This document shows, piece by piece, positions 26,547 through 35,668 of a stretch of DNA of 38,156 nucleotides. Each line of letters starts with the position of its first letter. Within the stretch, counting starts at the first letter, position 1. The translations under genes were made by a program, and so were the position numbers. A model generated the notes under the pieces. It saw only the letters and a program-made list of their open reading frames with translations, was not told the DNA's origin and searched no databases. This DNA comes from an uncultured Leptospiraceae bacterium (GTDB lineage: Bacteria > Spirochaetota > Leptospiria > Leptospirales > Leptospiraceae), in assembly GCA_937924465.1 (NCBI GenBank), contig CALDSP010000125.1:1-38156 (forward strand), written 5' to 3'.

Positions 26547-27508
26547 TCTGTATTCCTTTGGTACCAAGAGTCACTATAACTAGAATCTTTCAAGTGTTGT
26601 GCAGGTCTAAGAGCTATCCATTTGTTATTTTTTTTATAAATAGAACGTCTTCCAAAAAAATGGCTTTGTTTTTCTTCTTTATGAAGGATCTTTGTTTTTT
26701 TTCCGCGCATAACGTAAGCAAGTTGGACTGCCTCTGCAAGTTGTTTCCAATCGTTTGGGTCCAAAGAAATAGAGTGATCTGGCCCAGGTAGATTTTTATC
26801 TAAAGTGAAATGTTTTTCAATTACACAAGCACCCATTCCAACTGCTATACTTGCCGCTAAGTTTCCATTAGAATGATCAGAAAATCCAATAGGACAGGAA
26901 ACAATTTCTTGATAAAAAGAGATTGTTTGTAAGTTTAATTTTTCGAAAGGTGTGGGATATAAAGAAACACAATGAAATAAACAAATATCTTTTATTTCTT
27001 TTTCAGCTAAAAACTCCATAGCACGAATTACCTCAAAAAGTTTAGATGCTCCTGTAGAAAGAAATACAGGACGTTTTGCACTACAAACTTTACTCAAAAG
27101 TTGTTTGTTCACAATGTCACCTGACGCAACCTTTAAAATAGGGACATTCAAACTTATAAGTAAATCTACAGCTGACTCACAAAGTGGAGTTGAAAAAAAA
27201 AGAACTCCTTCCTCTTGAGCTACTTTTTGAAATTCTATATGGAAGTTTTCGGAGAGTTCATATTCTTTAAAAATATCAAATAAAAACTTAGATTCTGAAT
27301 TGGTTGGATCAATAAATTCTTCAGTTTTATAAGTTTGAAATTTCACAGCATGAGCCCCTGCTTTAGCTGCTGCTTGAATAGTTCTTTTTCCTAATTCTAA
27401 ATTATTATTGTGATTGAGACCAATCTCTGCTACTAAAAAAGGAGGAGAGTTGGAAGAAACCTCTCTTCCTTCAATAAAAAGTTTTTGATTCAATTCTAGT
27501 AGATTCAT
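26543..27508 (-). CDS. NeuB-family (N-acylneuraminate/pseudaminate synthase-like) PEP-condensing enzyme
   Basis: PFLVAEIGLNHNNNLELGKRTIQAAAKAGAHAVKFQTYK, GFSDHS and IEKHFTLDKNLPGPDHSISLDP are NeuB TIM-barrel signatures. The C-terminal ~60 aa look shorter and more degenerate than the SAF domain I expect. Confidence 0.75.
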   Translation of the reverse strand: MNLLELNQKLFIEGREVSSNSPPFLVAEIGLNHNNNLELGKRTIQAAAKAGAHAVKFQTYKTEEFIDPTNSESKFLFDIFKEYELSENFHIEFQKVAQEEGVLFFSTPLCESAVDLLISLNVPILKVASGDIVNKQLLSKVCSAKRPVFLSTGASKLFEVIRAMEFLAEKEIKDICLFHCVSLYPTPFEKLNLQTISFYQEIVSCPIGFSDHSNGNLAASIAVGMGACVIEKHFTLDKNLPGPDHSISLDPNDWKQLAEAVQLAYVMRGKKTKILHKEEKQSHFFGRRSIYKKNNKWIALRPAQHLKDSSYSDSWYQRNTE

Positions 27509-27509
27509 T

Positions 27510-28361
27510 TTATAAAGAACGAATAAACTCTAGAACATCATTTAAAACTTTTTCTCTATCTGCTTGCAATTCATTCATAAGTTCATGATAGAGTCCGGGA
27601 TAAATTTTGAGTTCTTTTCTTTTACAGTTTAGATTATTGAAAAACTCTTTTGTTCCAGTTACATCTGCAATTCCATCCTCTTCACCGTGGATCATAAGAA
27701 TTGGAACTTGTATGAGATGAGCTTTATTTTTCATTACTGCATTTAAATGAAATAAATTTTTTCCCATTTGGAAAGAAATTTTTCCATGAACTAATGGATC
27801 TTTTTTATATGCATCAATCACACTTTGATCATGGCTAAGATATTTTAAATCCAAGTTTGCATCTAAAGTTACAGAGGGCATAAAATTACTTAGGATTTCA
27901 GCTAAAACTTTCTTGATTTCTTTTTCTAAATCCATTTTAATTTTTAGTCCGGGTGAACTAATAATAAGTCCGAGCAAATTGTCTTGATTAAACCCTTCTG
28001 TAGCATATTGTAGAGCAATGACTCCACCCAAAGAGTGACCTAGTAGAATTATTTTTTCAACTTTTTGTTCTTGTTTTACAATTCGAATTAAATCTGCGAG
28101 GTCGTCAATATAACGTTGAAATTGATCTACATGTCCGCGTTTTCCTTCTGATCTTCCATGTCCGCGTGAATCTAGAGCATAAACACTTACGGGTTCATTT
28201 TCCAAGGCGTTTAAGAGATTTTTATAGCGATCGCTATGCTCTCCAAATCCATGTTGAATAACCAAGACTTTTTCAGTGTTTGGTTTTGTCCATGATTGAA
28301 AAAAAATATTTAAACCATCTACGGATGATTGAAAATTAGCCTGCTTGTTTTTAAAACTCAT
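27510..28361 (-). CDS. alpha/beta hydrolase, lysophospholipase/monoacylglycerol-lipase-like
   Basis: Motifs seen are QHGFGEHSDRY, LDSRGHGRSEGKRGHV, the nucleophile elbow GHSLGG and the late HGEEDGIAD...YHEL. The stop lies 1 nt before the NeuB-family start. Confidence 0.75.
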   Translation of the reverse strand: MSFKNKQANFQSSVDGLNIFFQSWTKPNTEKVLVIQHGFGEHSDRYKNLLNALENEPVSVYALDSRGHGRSEGKRGHVDQFQRYIDDLADLIRIVKQEQKVEKIILLGHSLGGVIALQYATEGFNQDNLLGLIISSPGLKIKMDLEKEIKKVLAEILSNFMPSVTLDANLDLKYLSHDQSVIDAYKKDPLVHGKISFQMGKNLFHLNAVMKNKAHLIQVPILMIHGEEDGIADVTGTKEFFNNLNCKRKELKIYPGLYHELMNELQADREKVLNDVLEFIRSL

Positions 28362-28618
28362 ACTTACTAAACCTTCTCTATAATTGTTTGAATTAGACCA
28401 ATCATAAAAGAAACTACTCTTTTTGAAACTAGTTTTTATAAATGAAAAAAGTCAAAACTTAAAATTTCCAAAATTTTCATAAAAATTTAAATAAAATAAA
28501 CATAGCTAAAAAAATCATACAAATCATCATAAAACAGCAATCCGTTATTTTAGAAAAAAAATCCAATATATTGAAAAATTGATTGCTTTATTGGAGAATT
28601 AAAAAATCATGGTTACAA

Positions 28619-29584
28619 ATGAATAAGTTACTTTTCGGAGTATTTTTATTTTTTAGCTGTAAGTTTAATGCTCAAAATATTTATTTACTGAATGTTTCAT
28701 ACGATCCTACTAGGGAAATGTATGCTGAATTAAATTTTCTTTTTGAGCAAATTTACAGTAAGAATGGAAAGTCCGTTCAGGTTTTGCAGTCACATGGAGG
28801 AAGTTCTAAACAGGCTAATTTAGTCAATTGGGGGCTAAGAGCAGATGTTGTCACGTTAGGAATGGAATCTGACATTCAAAAAATTGCCGATAAAGGATTT
28901 ATTTCAAAAAACTGGAAAGAAAAATTTCTAAACTCTTCTACGCCATACTATTCCACTATAGTCTTTATTGTTCGCAAGGGAAATCCTAAGAATATTTATA
29001 GTTGGGAAGATCTGACGCATGACGTTCAAGTGATTACTTCAAATCCAAAAACATCAAGTGGTGGAAAGTGGAACTTTTTAGCTGCTTATGGATATTTTAA
29101 GTTGAAAGGATACAAAAACCCCGAAGAGGAAGTGCGTAAGATTTATAAAAATACAATAGTTTTAGATTCTGGTGCAAGGGCAAGTGCTTCTACTTTTTTT
29201 CAAAGAAAACTTGGAGATGTTCTTATTATTTGGGAAAATGAAGCATTGCTTGCGTTACGTGAAAAAATTGAACCTACAGAAATTATTTATCCTTCTATAA
29301 GCATTTATGCTCAGCCAATGGTAGCAGTTGTAGAACGAACAACAGTAATGAAGAACACGAAAGAGCTTGCGGAAGCTTATTTAAATTTTCTTTATACTCA
29401 AGAATCTCAAGAAATTATTGCTAAACATGGTTTTAGACCTATTCATCCAAAGCTAAAAGAGAAATTTAAAGATAATTATCCTACCCTAACTCTCTTTAAA
29501 GTAGAAGAAGTTTTTGGAAATTGGGAAAATGTGAACAGAGAAATTTTTGCAAGTGGAAGTTTAATCGATAGGATTTTAGAATGA
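28619..29584 (+). CDS. sbp: sulfate/thiosulfate ABC transporter substrate-binding protein
   Basis: LNVSYDPTREMYAELN...VLQSHGGSSKQANLVNWGLRADVVTLGMESDIQKI matches my recollection of E. coli Sbp/CysP. ATG 28619 gives the signal MNKLLFGVFLFFSC, whereas the track start is TTG 28583. Confidence 0.9.
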   Translation: MNKLLFGVFLFFSCKFNAQNIYLLNVSYDPTREMYAELNFLFEQIYSKNGKSVQVLQSHGGSSKQANLVNWGLRADVVTLGMESDIQKIADKGFISKNWKEKFLNSSTPYYSTIVFIVRKGNPKNIYSWEDLTHDVQVITSNPKTSSGGKWNFLAAYGYFKLKGYKNPEEEVRKIYKNTIVLDSGARASASTFFQRKLGDVLIIWENEALLALREKIEPTEIIYPSISIYAQPMVAVVERTTVMKNTKELAEAYLNFLYTQESQEIIAKHGFRPIHPKLKEKFKDNYPTLTLFKVEEVFGNWENVNREIFASGSLIDRILE

Positions 29585-30399
29585 GTTCAAATATTTATTA
29601 TCCTAAGAAGTTAAAAACTATTCTCTTAGTTTACGTTTTGTTTTACTTGGGAATGATTGTGCTTATTCCGTTCTTTGCTTTATTGAATAATTCTTTTCAA
29701 TTAGATTGGCATGAATTTTTAGGAATTATTTTTCATAAAAGATGTTTGGCGGCATATAAAACAAGTTTTTTATGTTCTCTTTTTGCGGCATTACTAAATT
29801 CTTTTTTTGGGTTTATTATAGCTTATTCATTAGTTAAGTTTGAGTTTTTTGGAAAGAGGTTTTTTGATTCTATTATAGATTTCCCATTTGCTCTTCCTAC
29901 TGCTGTAGCAGGGCTTACTTACGTAGATTTATATTCCCAAAATGGACTTTTTGGTAGACTACTTGGTCTACCTTTAGCATATACAAAAGAAGGAATTGTA
30001 CTAGTTCTTTCTTTTGTAAGTTTGCCTTTTGCTGTTCGAACTATTCAACCAGTCCTTCAAGAAATGGATCCAGAATTAGAACAAGCCGCAATTTCTCTAG
30101 GAGCCAACCCTTTTCAAGTTTTAAGTTATGTTATTATTCCCTATCTTCTTCCTGCCTGGATTACGGCTTTTACCTTGAGTTTTGCTCGTTCTTTAGCTGA
30201 ATATGGAAGTGTAGTGTTTATATCTGGAAATTTGCCTTATAAAACAGAAATAGCTCCTCTAATCATTGCAATTAAATTGGAACAGTTCGATAAATTAGGT
30301 GCAAGTGCTATTGGGGTTTTTTTGCTTTTCATTTCTTTTGTGCTACTCTTCATTTTGAATTACTTAGAAAAGTGGAGCAATTATAATTATGAGAAATAA
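29581..30399 (+). CDS. cysT: sulfate ABC transporter permease CysT
   Basis: 272 aa multi-TM protein. It has the EAA loop EQAAISLGANPFQV and overlaps sbp (ATGA). Confidence 0.85.
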   Translation: MSSNIYYPKKLKTILLVYVLFYLGMIVLIPFFALLNNSFQLDWHEFLGIIFHKRCLAAYKTSFLCSLFAALLNSFFGFIIAYSLVKFEFFGKRFFDSIIDFPFALPTAVAGLTYVDLYSQNGLFGRLLGLPLAYTKEGIVLVLSFVSLPFAVRTIQPVLQEMDPELEQAAISLGANPFQVLSYVIIPYLLPAWITAFTLSFARSLAEYGSVVFISGNLPYKTEIAPLIIAIKLEQFDKLGASAIGVFLLFISFVLLFILNYLEKWSNYNYEK

Positions 30400-31198
30400 A
30401 CTTTTACGTTACGTGCTAAGTTGTATAAGTGTTTTATTTTTGAGTATTATAATCTTGTTACCCTTAATGAATGTTTTTATACATGCTTTGGAAAAGGGAT
30501 TTACTTTTTATTTGAATAGTATTTTTCATCCTCATACAATTTCAGCATTACTTTTAAACTTAACTGTAGCTTTATTTACTGTACCCTTAAATTTAATTTT
30601 TGGAGTTTCGGCAGCTATTTTACTAACTCGCTTTCATTTTTTTGGAAAAAATTTTTTGTTAGCTATAATAGACTTACCTTTTTCTATTTCTCCTGTTATA
30701 GCTGGACTTATTTTTATTTTAGTATTTAGTTTAGAAGGTTGGTTGGGAAATTGGCTCGAGTCTAAAGGTTTTCAAGTTATATTTGCAATCCCCGGAATTG
30801 TAATAGCTACAATTTTTGTAACCTTTCCTTTTGTGGTGAGAGAAGTAATTCCTGTTTTAGAAGCAAGTGGAGATGAGGAGGAACAAGCTGCTTTTACGTT
30901 AGGTGCTAATTACTGGCAGACTTTCTTTTTTGTCACAATTCCAAAAATCAAATGGGGACTTCTTTATGGAGTTATTTTATGTACCGCAAAAGTGATGGGA
31001 GAATTTGGAGCTGTTTCTTTAGTATCTGGACATATTACCGGGTTTACGGATACCTTACCTCTTAGAGTTGAAAAACTTTATAATGAATATCAGACTACAG
31101 CCGCTTTTAGTGTAGCAAGTTTACTGGTTCTCTTTTCCTTTTTAACTTTCATAGCTAAAGTATTATTGGAAAGGAGAATAGGGGAGACTCAAAAATGA
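30389..31198 (+). CDS. cysW: sulfate ABC transporter permease CysW
   Basis: 269 aa multi-TM protein with the EAA loop EEQAAFTLGANYWQTF. It is the second permease of the operon. Confidence 0.85.
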   Translation: MRNKLLRYVLSCISVLFLSIIILLPLMNVFIHALEKGFTFYLNSIFHPHTISALLLNLTVALFTVPLNLIFGVSAAILLTRFHFFGKNFLLAIIDLPFSISPVIAGLIFILVFSLEGWLGNWLESKGFQVIFAIPGIVIATIFVTFPFVVREVIPVLEASGDEEEQAAFTLGANYWQTFFFVTIPKIKWGLLYGVILCTAKVMGEFGAVSLVSGHITGFTDTLPLRVEKLYNEYQTTAAFSVASLLVLFSFLTFIAKVLLERRIGETQK

Positions 31199-32220
31199 GC
31201 ATAAAAATTCAAAATATATCTAAAAAATTTAATGGACATTTTGCCCTCGCAAACGTCAGTTTTGATGTTCACGAAGGAGAGCTAATTTCTTTACTTGGTC
31301 CTTCTGGATCTGGAAAAACTACTTTATTAAGAATTATTGCGGGACTCGAGACTCCCACAGAAGGAGAAATTTTATATTTTAATGAATTAGCAACTTCTAT
31401 TCCTATTCAAGAGAGAAACATTGGATTTGTATTTCAGCATTATGCTTTGTTTAAACATATGACAGTAGAGGGAAATGTAGAATTTCCTTTAAAAATTCGA
31501 AACCTCAATAAAAAAGATCGAAAGAAAAGAGTTACAGAACTTTTGCAACTTGTTCAGTTAGAAAATCTTGCAAAACGTTATCCTCATCAATTATCAGGTG
31601 GGCAAAAACAACGTGTTGCTTTGGCAAGGGCTTTAGCTTCTGAACCAAAGGTCTTATTGTTAGATGAACCATTTGGAGCTCTTGATGCTAATGTTCGTAA
31701 AGAACTACGTCGTTGGTTGCGAAATTTACACAAAGAAATTAAAGTTACTACTATAATGGTCACCCATGATCAAGAAGAAGCCTTTGAAGTATCGGATAAG
31801 GTTGTAATATTGAACAAAGGAAAGTTAGAACAAATTGGAAAGCCAGATGAAGTATTTCACAATCCTGCAAACTCATTTGTTATAAAATTTTTAGGCAATG
31901 TAAATATTTTTCATGGAAGACTGGAACAAGGGAAATGGATACTTAGTAAAAATGAAACAACTAGTGCTCAACCTATTTACATTCGTCCTTATGAGTGGGA
32001 TATTTCTCTTGAAAAGAATGAGAATTATATTCAAGCCAAAGTGCTTTATATAAATGCCGCAAGCTCTATTGTAAAACTAGACGTTCATACAATTGATAAT
32101 CAAGTTGTCCAAGTGGATTTGACTTATGAACAATATAAAATGCTAAATATTCAAAAAGAAATGAATGTATACATTAAACCTAAGGACATAAGAATATTTG
32201 AAGAGGATTTTGTAATATGA
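31195..32220 (+). CDS. cysA: sulfate ABC transporter ATP-binding protein CysA
   Basis: Walker A is GPSGSGKTT, the ABC signature is LSGGQKQR, and Walker B is LLLDEPFGALD. There is a C-terminal TOBE-like regulatory domain. Confidence 0.9.
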   Translation: MSIKIQNISKKFNGHFALANVSFDVHEGELISLLGPSGSGKTTLLRIIAGLETPTEGEILYFNELATSIPIQERNIGFVFQHYALFKHMTVEGNVEFPLKIRNLNKKDRKKRVTELLQLVQLENLAKRYPHQLSGGQKQRVALARALASEPKVLLLDEPFGALDANVRKELRRWLRNLHKEIKVTTIMVTHDQEEAFEVSDKVVILNKGKLEQIGKPDEVFHNPANSFVIKFLGNVNIFHGRLEQGKWILSKNETTSAQPIYIRPYEWDISLEKNENYIQAKVLYINAASSIVKLDVHTIDNQVVQVDLTYEQYKMLNIQKEMNVYIKPKDIRIFEEDFVI

Positions 32221-32942
32221 ATACAGTTACAAAGAATGAAAAAGAAATCCAAAAATGGAACGATTTATATGTACAAAATCGTACGGAAAAAACATTAGAA
32301 TTATTATTACAAGAATTTGGAAAAGATGCTTGGTTTTCAACAAGTTTGGGAATTGAGGATCAGGTTTTACTTGATTTGTTAGTTAAAACTAATCTCCCAT
32401 TCACAATATTTACTTTAGATACTGGAAGGCTTTTTTACGAAACTTACAATTTAATTGAAAAGACTGAAAAGCATTATAATAGAAAAATTAAGATTTATTT
32501 TCCTAATTCTGAACAAGTTGAGAATTTGGTTAATGAAAAAGGAATCAACTCTTTTTATGAAAGTATAGAAAATCGAAAAGAATGTTGTAGAGTTCGAAAA
32601 TTAGAGCCTCTAGGAAGAGCATTAAAAAATGCTAAAGTTTGGATAACAGGTTTAAGAAGAGAACAAGCTATAACTAGAGCAGAGATGCAATTTGCAGAAT
32701 GGGACTTTTCACATAACGTCTTAAAGGTCAATCCTTTAATTGATTGGACGTTGGATGAAATATGGAATTATACTAAAGAAAATAAAGTTCCTTATAATCC
32801 TTTACACGATAAAAATTTTCCAAGCATTGGTTGTGCACCTTGCACAAGAGAAATTTTACCTGGTGAGGATATTCGGGCAGGGCGTTGGTGGTGGGAAAAT
32901 CCAACAACAAAAGAATGTGGTCTTCATATACAAAATAAATAA
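32217..32942 (+). CDS. cysH: phosphoadenylyl/adenylyl-sulfate reductase; motifs indicate the Fe-S APS-reductase type
   Basis: Both the CC pair (KECCRVRK) and CxxC (GCAPCT) are present, plus the catalytic KECGLH tail. Confidence 0.85.
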   Translation: MNTVTKNEKEIQKWNDLYVQNRTEKTLELLLQEFGKDAWFSTSLGIEDQVLLDLLVKTNLPFTIFTLDTGRLFYETYNLIEKTEKHYNRKIKIYFPNSEQVENLVNEKGINSFYESIENRKECCRVRKLEPLGRALKNAKVWITGLRREQAITRAEMQFAEWDFSHNVLKVNPLIDWTLDEIWNYTKENKVPYNPLHDKNFPSIGCAPCTREILPGEDIRAGRWWWENPTTKECGLHIQNK

Positions 32943-32955
32943 TAAAAGGTAAGGT

Positions 32956-33873
32956 ATGATCAATACACTTAATAAATACGAAATTTCTCATTTAAAAGAG
33001 CTTGAGGCAGAAGCCATTTATATAATGCGAGAAGTTGCAGCTCAATTTGAGCGTCCTGTTTTACTTTTCTCTGGAGGAAAAGACTCTATTACTTTAGTTC
33101 GCATTGCTGAAAAGGCTTTTCGACCTGCTAAGTTTCCTTTTCCTCTTTTGCATATAGACACTGGTCATAATTTTCCAGAAACAATTCAATTTCGAGATAG
33201 ACTGATTGCAAGAATTGGAGAAAAGCTCATTGTACGTTACGTGCAAGATTCTATTGATACAGGACGAGTTGTAGAAGAAAAAGGAAGAGGGGCTAGCCGA
33301 AATAAGCTCCAAACAGTTACACTTTTAGATGCAATTGAAGAATTTAAGTTTGATGCTGCTTTTGGTGGTGCAAGACGTGACGAAGAAAAAGCAAGAGCCA
33401 AGGAAAGAATTTTTTCTTTCCGAGATGAGTTTGGTCAATGGGATCCAAAACGTCAACGTCCAGAACTTTGGAATCTTTATAATGGTAGAATTAAAAAAGG
33501 TGAGCATATGAGAGTTTTTCCCATTAGCAATTGGACTGAAATGGATGTTTGGCAGTATATACTTCTAGAAAAGTTAGAAATTCCAAGTATTTATTTTTCT
33601 CATAAACGAAAGTGTTTTTATAGAGATGGGATGCTTGTTCCTTACTCTGAATTTTTACCAAACGATCCCAACGAAAAGGTAGAAGAAATGACTGTAAGAT
33701 TTCGAACTGTAGGAGATATGACCTGCACAGGAGCTGTGCTCTCCACAGCTTCTACCTTAGAGGAAATTATAGAAGAAGTTGCACAAGCTAGAGTCACGGA
33801 ACGAGGCAGTAGAGCAGACGACAAAACAAGTGAGGCAGCAATGGAAGAGCGAAAAAAGGAAGGATATTTCTAA
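32956..33873 (+). CDS. cysD: sulfate adenylyltransferase subunit 2
   Basis: The PP-loop is LLFSGGKDSITL. Also present are ETIQFRD, FGGARRDEEKARAKERIFSFRD and the C-terminus ERKKEGYF. Confidence 0.9.
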   Translation: MINTLNKYEISHLKELEAEAIYIMREVAAQFERPVLLFSGGKDSITLVRIAEKAFRPAKFPFPLLHIDTGHNFPETIQFRDRLIARIGEKLIVRYVQDSIDTGRVVEEKGRGASRNKLQTVTLLDAIEEFKFDAAFGGARRDEEKARAKERIFSFRDEFGQWDPKRQRPELWNLYNGRIKKGEHMRVFPISNWTEMDVWQYILLEKLEIPSIYFSHKRKCFYRDGMLVPYSEFLPNDPNEKVEEMTVRFRTVGDMTCTGAVLSTASTLEEIIEEVAQARVTERGSRADDKTSEAAMEERKKEGYF

Positions 33874-35156
33874 TGAATAATACGGCTTATTTACAAATGG
33901 ATATGCTCCGCTTTTTAACAGCGGGTAGTGTAGATGATGGCAAGAGTACTCTAATAGGTAGGCTCTTGTATGATAGTAAATCTATATTTGAAGATCAGCT
34001 TCAAGCAATTGAGGCAAGTTCTAAACGACGCGGAGATGAATACACAAACTTAGCTTTGATTACAGATGGACTGAAAGCAGAGAGAGAGCAAGGAATTACG
34101 ATTGATGTTGCATACAAATACTTTGCTACTCCTAAAAGAAAATTCATCATTGCCGATACACCCGGACATATTCAATATACAAGAAATATGGTTACAGGTG
34201 CGTCAACAGCACAACTGTCGATCATTCTACTAGATGCTCGCAAAGGAATTGTTGAGCAAACTATGAGACATACTTTCATAGTTGCACTCTTGGGAATTCC
34301 TCATTTAATTCTATGTGTGAACAAAATGGACTTGGTAGGATATTCAGAAGAAGTGTTTGAGATAATTGTGGAAGAGTATAAACAACTAACAAGTCGTTTG
34401 GGAATTAAAGACATACAGTGTTTTCCTATCAGTGCATTAAAAGGTGACAATGTAGTAGAAAAGTCAGAGAATATGTCTTGGTGGAAGGGAGTAAGTCTAC
34501 TAGAATTTTTGGAAACAGTTCATATTGAAGAAGACATTGACCTAAACCATCCACGCTTTCCTGTGCAATGGATCATACGTCCTATGAGTGAGATTTATCA
34601 TGATTACAGAGCTTACGCGGGATGTGTAGTGGGTGGGATTTTTAGAAAAGGAGATGAAATTATTGTTTATCCGAGTGGTTTAAAAACCAAGATTAAAGCA
34701 ATTGATACTTTCGAGGGACAGCTAGAAGAAGCCTTTCCTCCTCTATCGATTGCTCTAGTTTTAGAAGATGAGTTAGACATAAGTCGAGGAGATATGATTT
34801 GTAAATTAGAGAATCCACCTAAAGTAGAACAGTATATCACAGCTTATATTTGTTGGATGGATACAAAAGAATTTAAAACGGGAAACCGTTATTTATTACA
34901 GCATACAACAAATTCAGTTAAAGTTATTGTAGATGAAATTCATTACAAACTAAATATAAACAATTTGGAAAAAATTAACAATGTAAATACTCTAGCACTC
35001 AACGACATTGCTAGAATTAGTTTAAAACTTTCTAAACCGATTGTGTTTGATGATTATCAAACAAATAGAAACACAGGTTCATTTATTTTAATTGATGAAG
35101 CTACAAATAATACAGTTGCAGCAGGAATGATTCGAGAAAAGGAACTTTTAAAATGA
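33873..35156 (+). CDS. cysN: sulfate adenylyltransferase subunit 1 (GTPase), without a fused APS-kinase domain
   Basis: GTPase motifs are GSVDDGKST, DTPGH and NKMD. At 427 aa the protein ends after the EF-Tu-like domains. The start overlaps the cysD stop (TAATG). Confidence 0.9.
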   Translation: MNNTAYLQMDMLRFLTAGSVDDGKSTLIGRLLYDSKSIFEDQLQAIEASSKRRGDEYTNLALITDGLKAEREQGITIDVAYKYFATPKRKFIIADTPGHIQYTRNMVTGASTAQLSIILLDARKGIVEQTMRHTFIVALLGIPHLILCVNKMDLVGYSEEVFEIIVEEYKQLTSRLGIKDIQCFPISALKGDNVVEKSENMSWWKGVSLLEFLETVHIEEDIDLNHPRFPVQWIIRPMSEIYHDYRAYAGCVVGGIFRKGDEIIVYPSGLKTKIKAIDTFEGQLEEAFPPLSIALVLEDELDISRGDMICKLENPPKVEQYITAYICWMDTKEFKTGNRYLLQHTTNSVKVIVDEIHYKLNINNLEKINNVNTLALNDIARISLKLSKPIVFDDYQTNRNTGSFILIDEATNNTVAAGMIREKELLK

Positions 35157-35668
35157 AAAAGTATCTTCCTATAATGCTTGATGTAAGCGACAAAAATATT
35201 CTTATTTTAGGAGCTGGAAAAGCAAGTGCCGAAAAACTCCGCACTCTTTCTCAACTTGGAAAAAAAATTTCAGTCATATCTAAAAACTTTTGTGAGGAGT
35301 TTTTAAATAAAGATTGGCTTGTTTTGAAACAAAAACCTTATGAATATGGGGACCTAAAAGGTTTTAATGTTGTTTACTCTGGAGTGAACAACAAAAACGT
35401 TGAATACGAAATACTCAAGGAAGCCAAAGAAAGAAATATACTTATAAACTTTATTGATCAAGTAGAAAATTCTGATTTTATTTCTGCTTCAAGTATAATT
35501 AGAAATAATTTTACTATTTTTATATCCACTTATGGAAAAACTCCGGGTGGAGCAAAAAAAGTAAGACAAGAAATTGAATCTCAACTTCAATTAGATAAAC
35601 TAGATCGTGAGCTTGAAATTTTAATCCAAGAAAGAGAAAGGAAAAGAAATGTTATACACTCCATTTGA
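35153..35668 (+). CDS. precorrin-2 dehydrogenase / sirohydrochlorin ferrochelatase family protein (siroheme synthase N-domain-like)
   Basis: LPIMLDVSDKNILILGAGKASAEKLRTLSQLGKKISVIS is the Rossmann start typical of SirC and the CysG N-domain. At 171 aa it is short. Confidence 0.7.
   Translation: MKKYLPIMLDVSDKNILILGAGKASAEKLRTLSQLGKKISVISKNFCEEFLNKDWLVLKQKPYEYGDLKGFNVVYSGVNNKNVEYEILKEAKERNILINFIDQVENSDFISASSIIRNNFTIFISTYGKTPGGAKKVRQEIESQLQLDKLDRELEILIQERERKRNVIHSI

Noticed and set aside
26543-27508. NeuB-family gene as evidence for a sialic, pseudaminic or legionaminic acid (flagellin glycosylation) cluster.
   Set aside because: No partner genes (CMP-sugar synthetase, epimerase/dehydratase, DegT aminotransferase, acetyltransferase) are adjacent. 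A single orphan gene does not support a pathway call.
28362-28450. Fur/PerR box upstream of the hydrolase to Fur-family operon (e.g. TCTATAATTGTTTGAATTAGA).
   Set aside because: The half-sites are not a true inverted repeat (ATAAT versus AATTA). The resemblance to 7-1-7 Fur/PerR boxes is no better than expected in AT-rich DNA.
3000-33824. About 30 short track ORFs (60-100 aa) nested in or antisense to long conserved genes. Examples are 3000..3188, 3664..3894, 4857..5060, 7479..7694, 7882..8103, 8512..8784, 9871..10146, 14346..14561, 17143..17421, 22109..22408 and 33094..33312.
   Set aside because: All lie inside well-supported CDSs. They have low-complexity, Phe/Leu/Ile/Ser-rich translations typical of off-frame AT-rich DNA, and no RBS or family resemblance.
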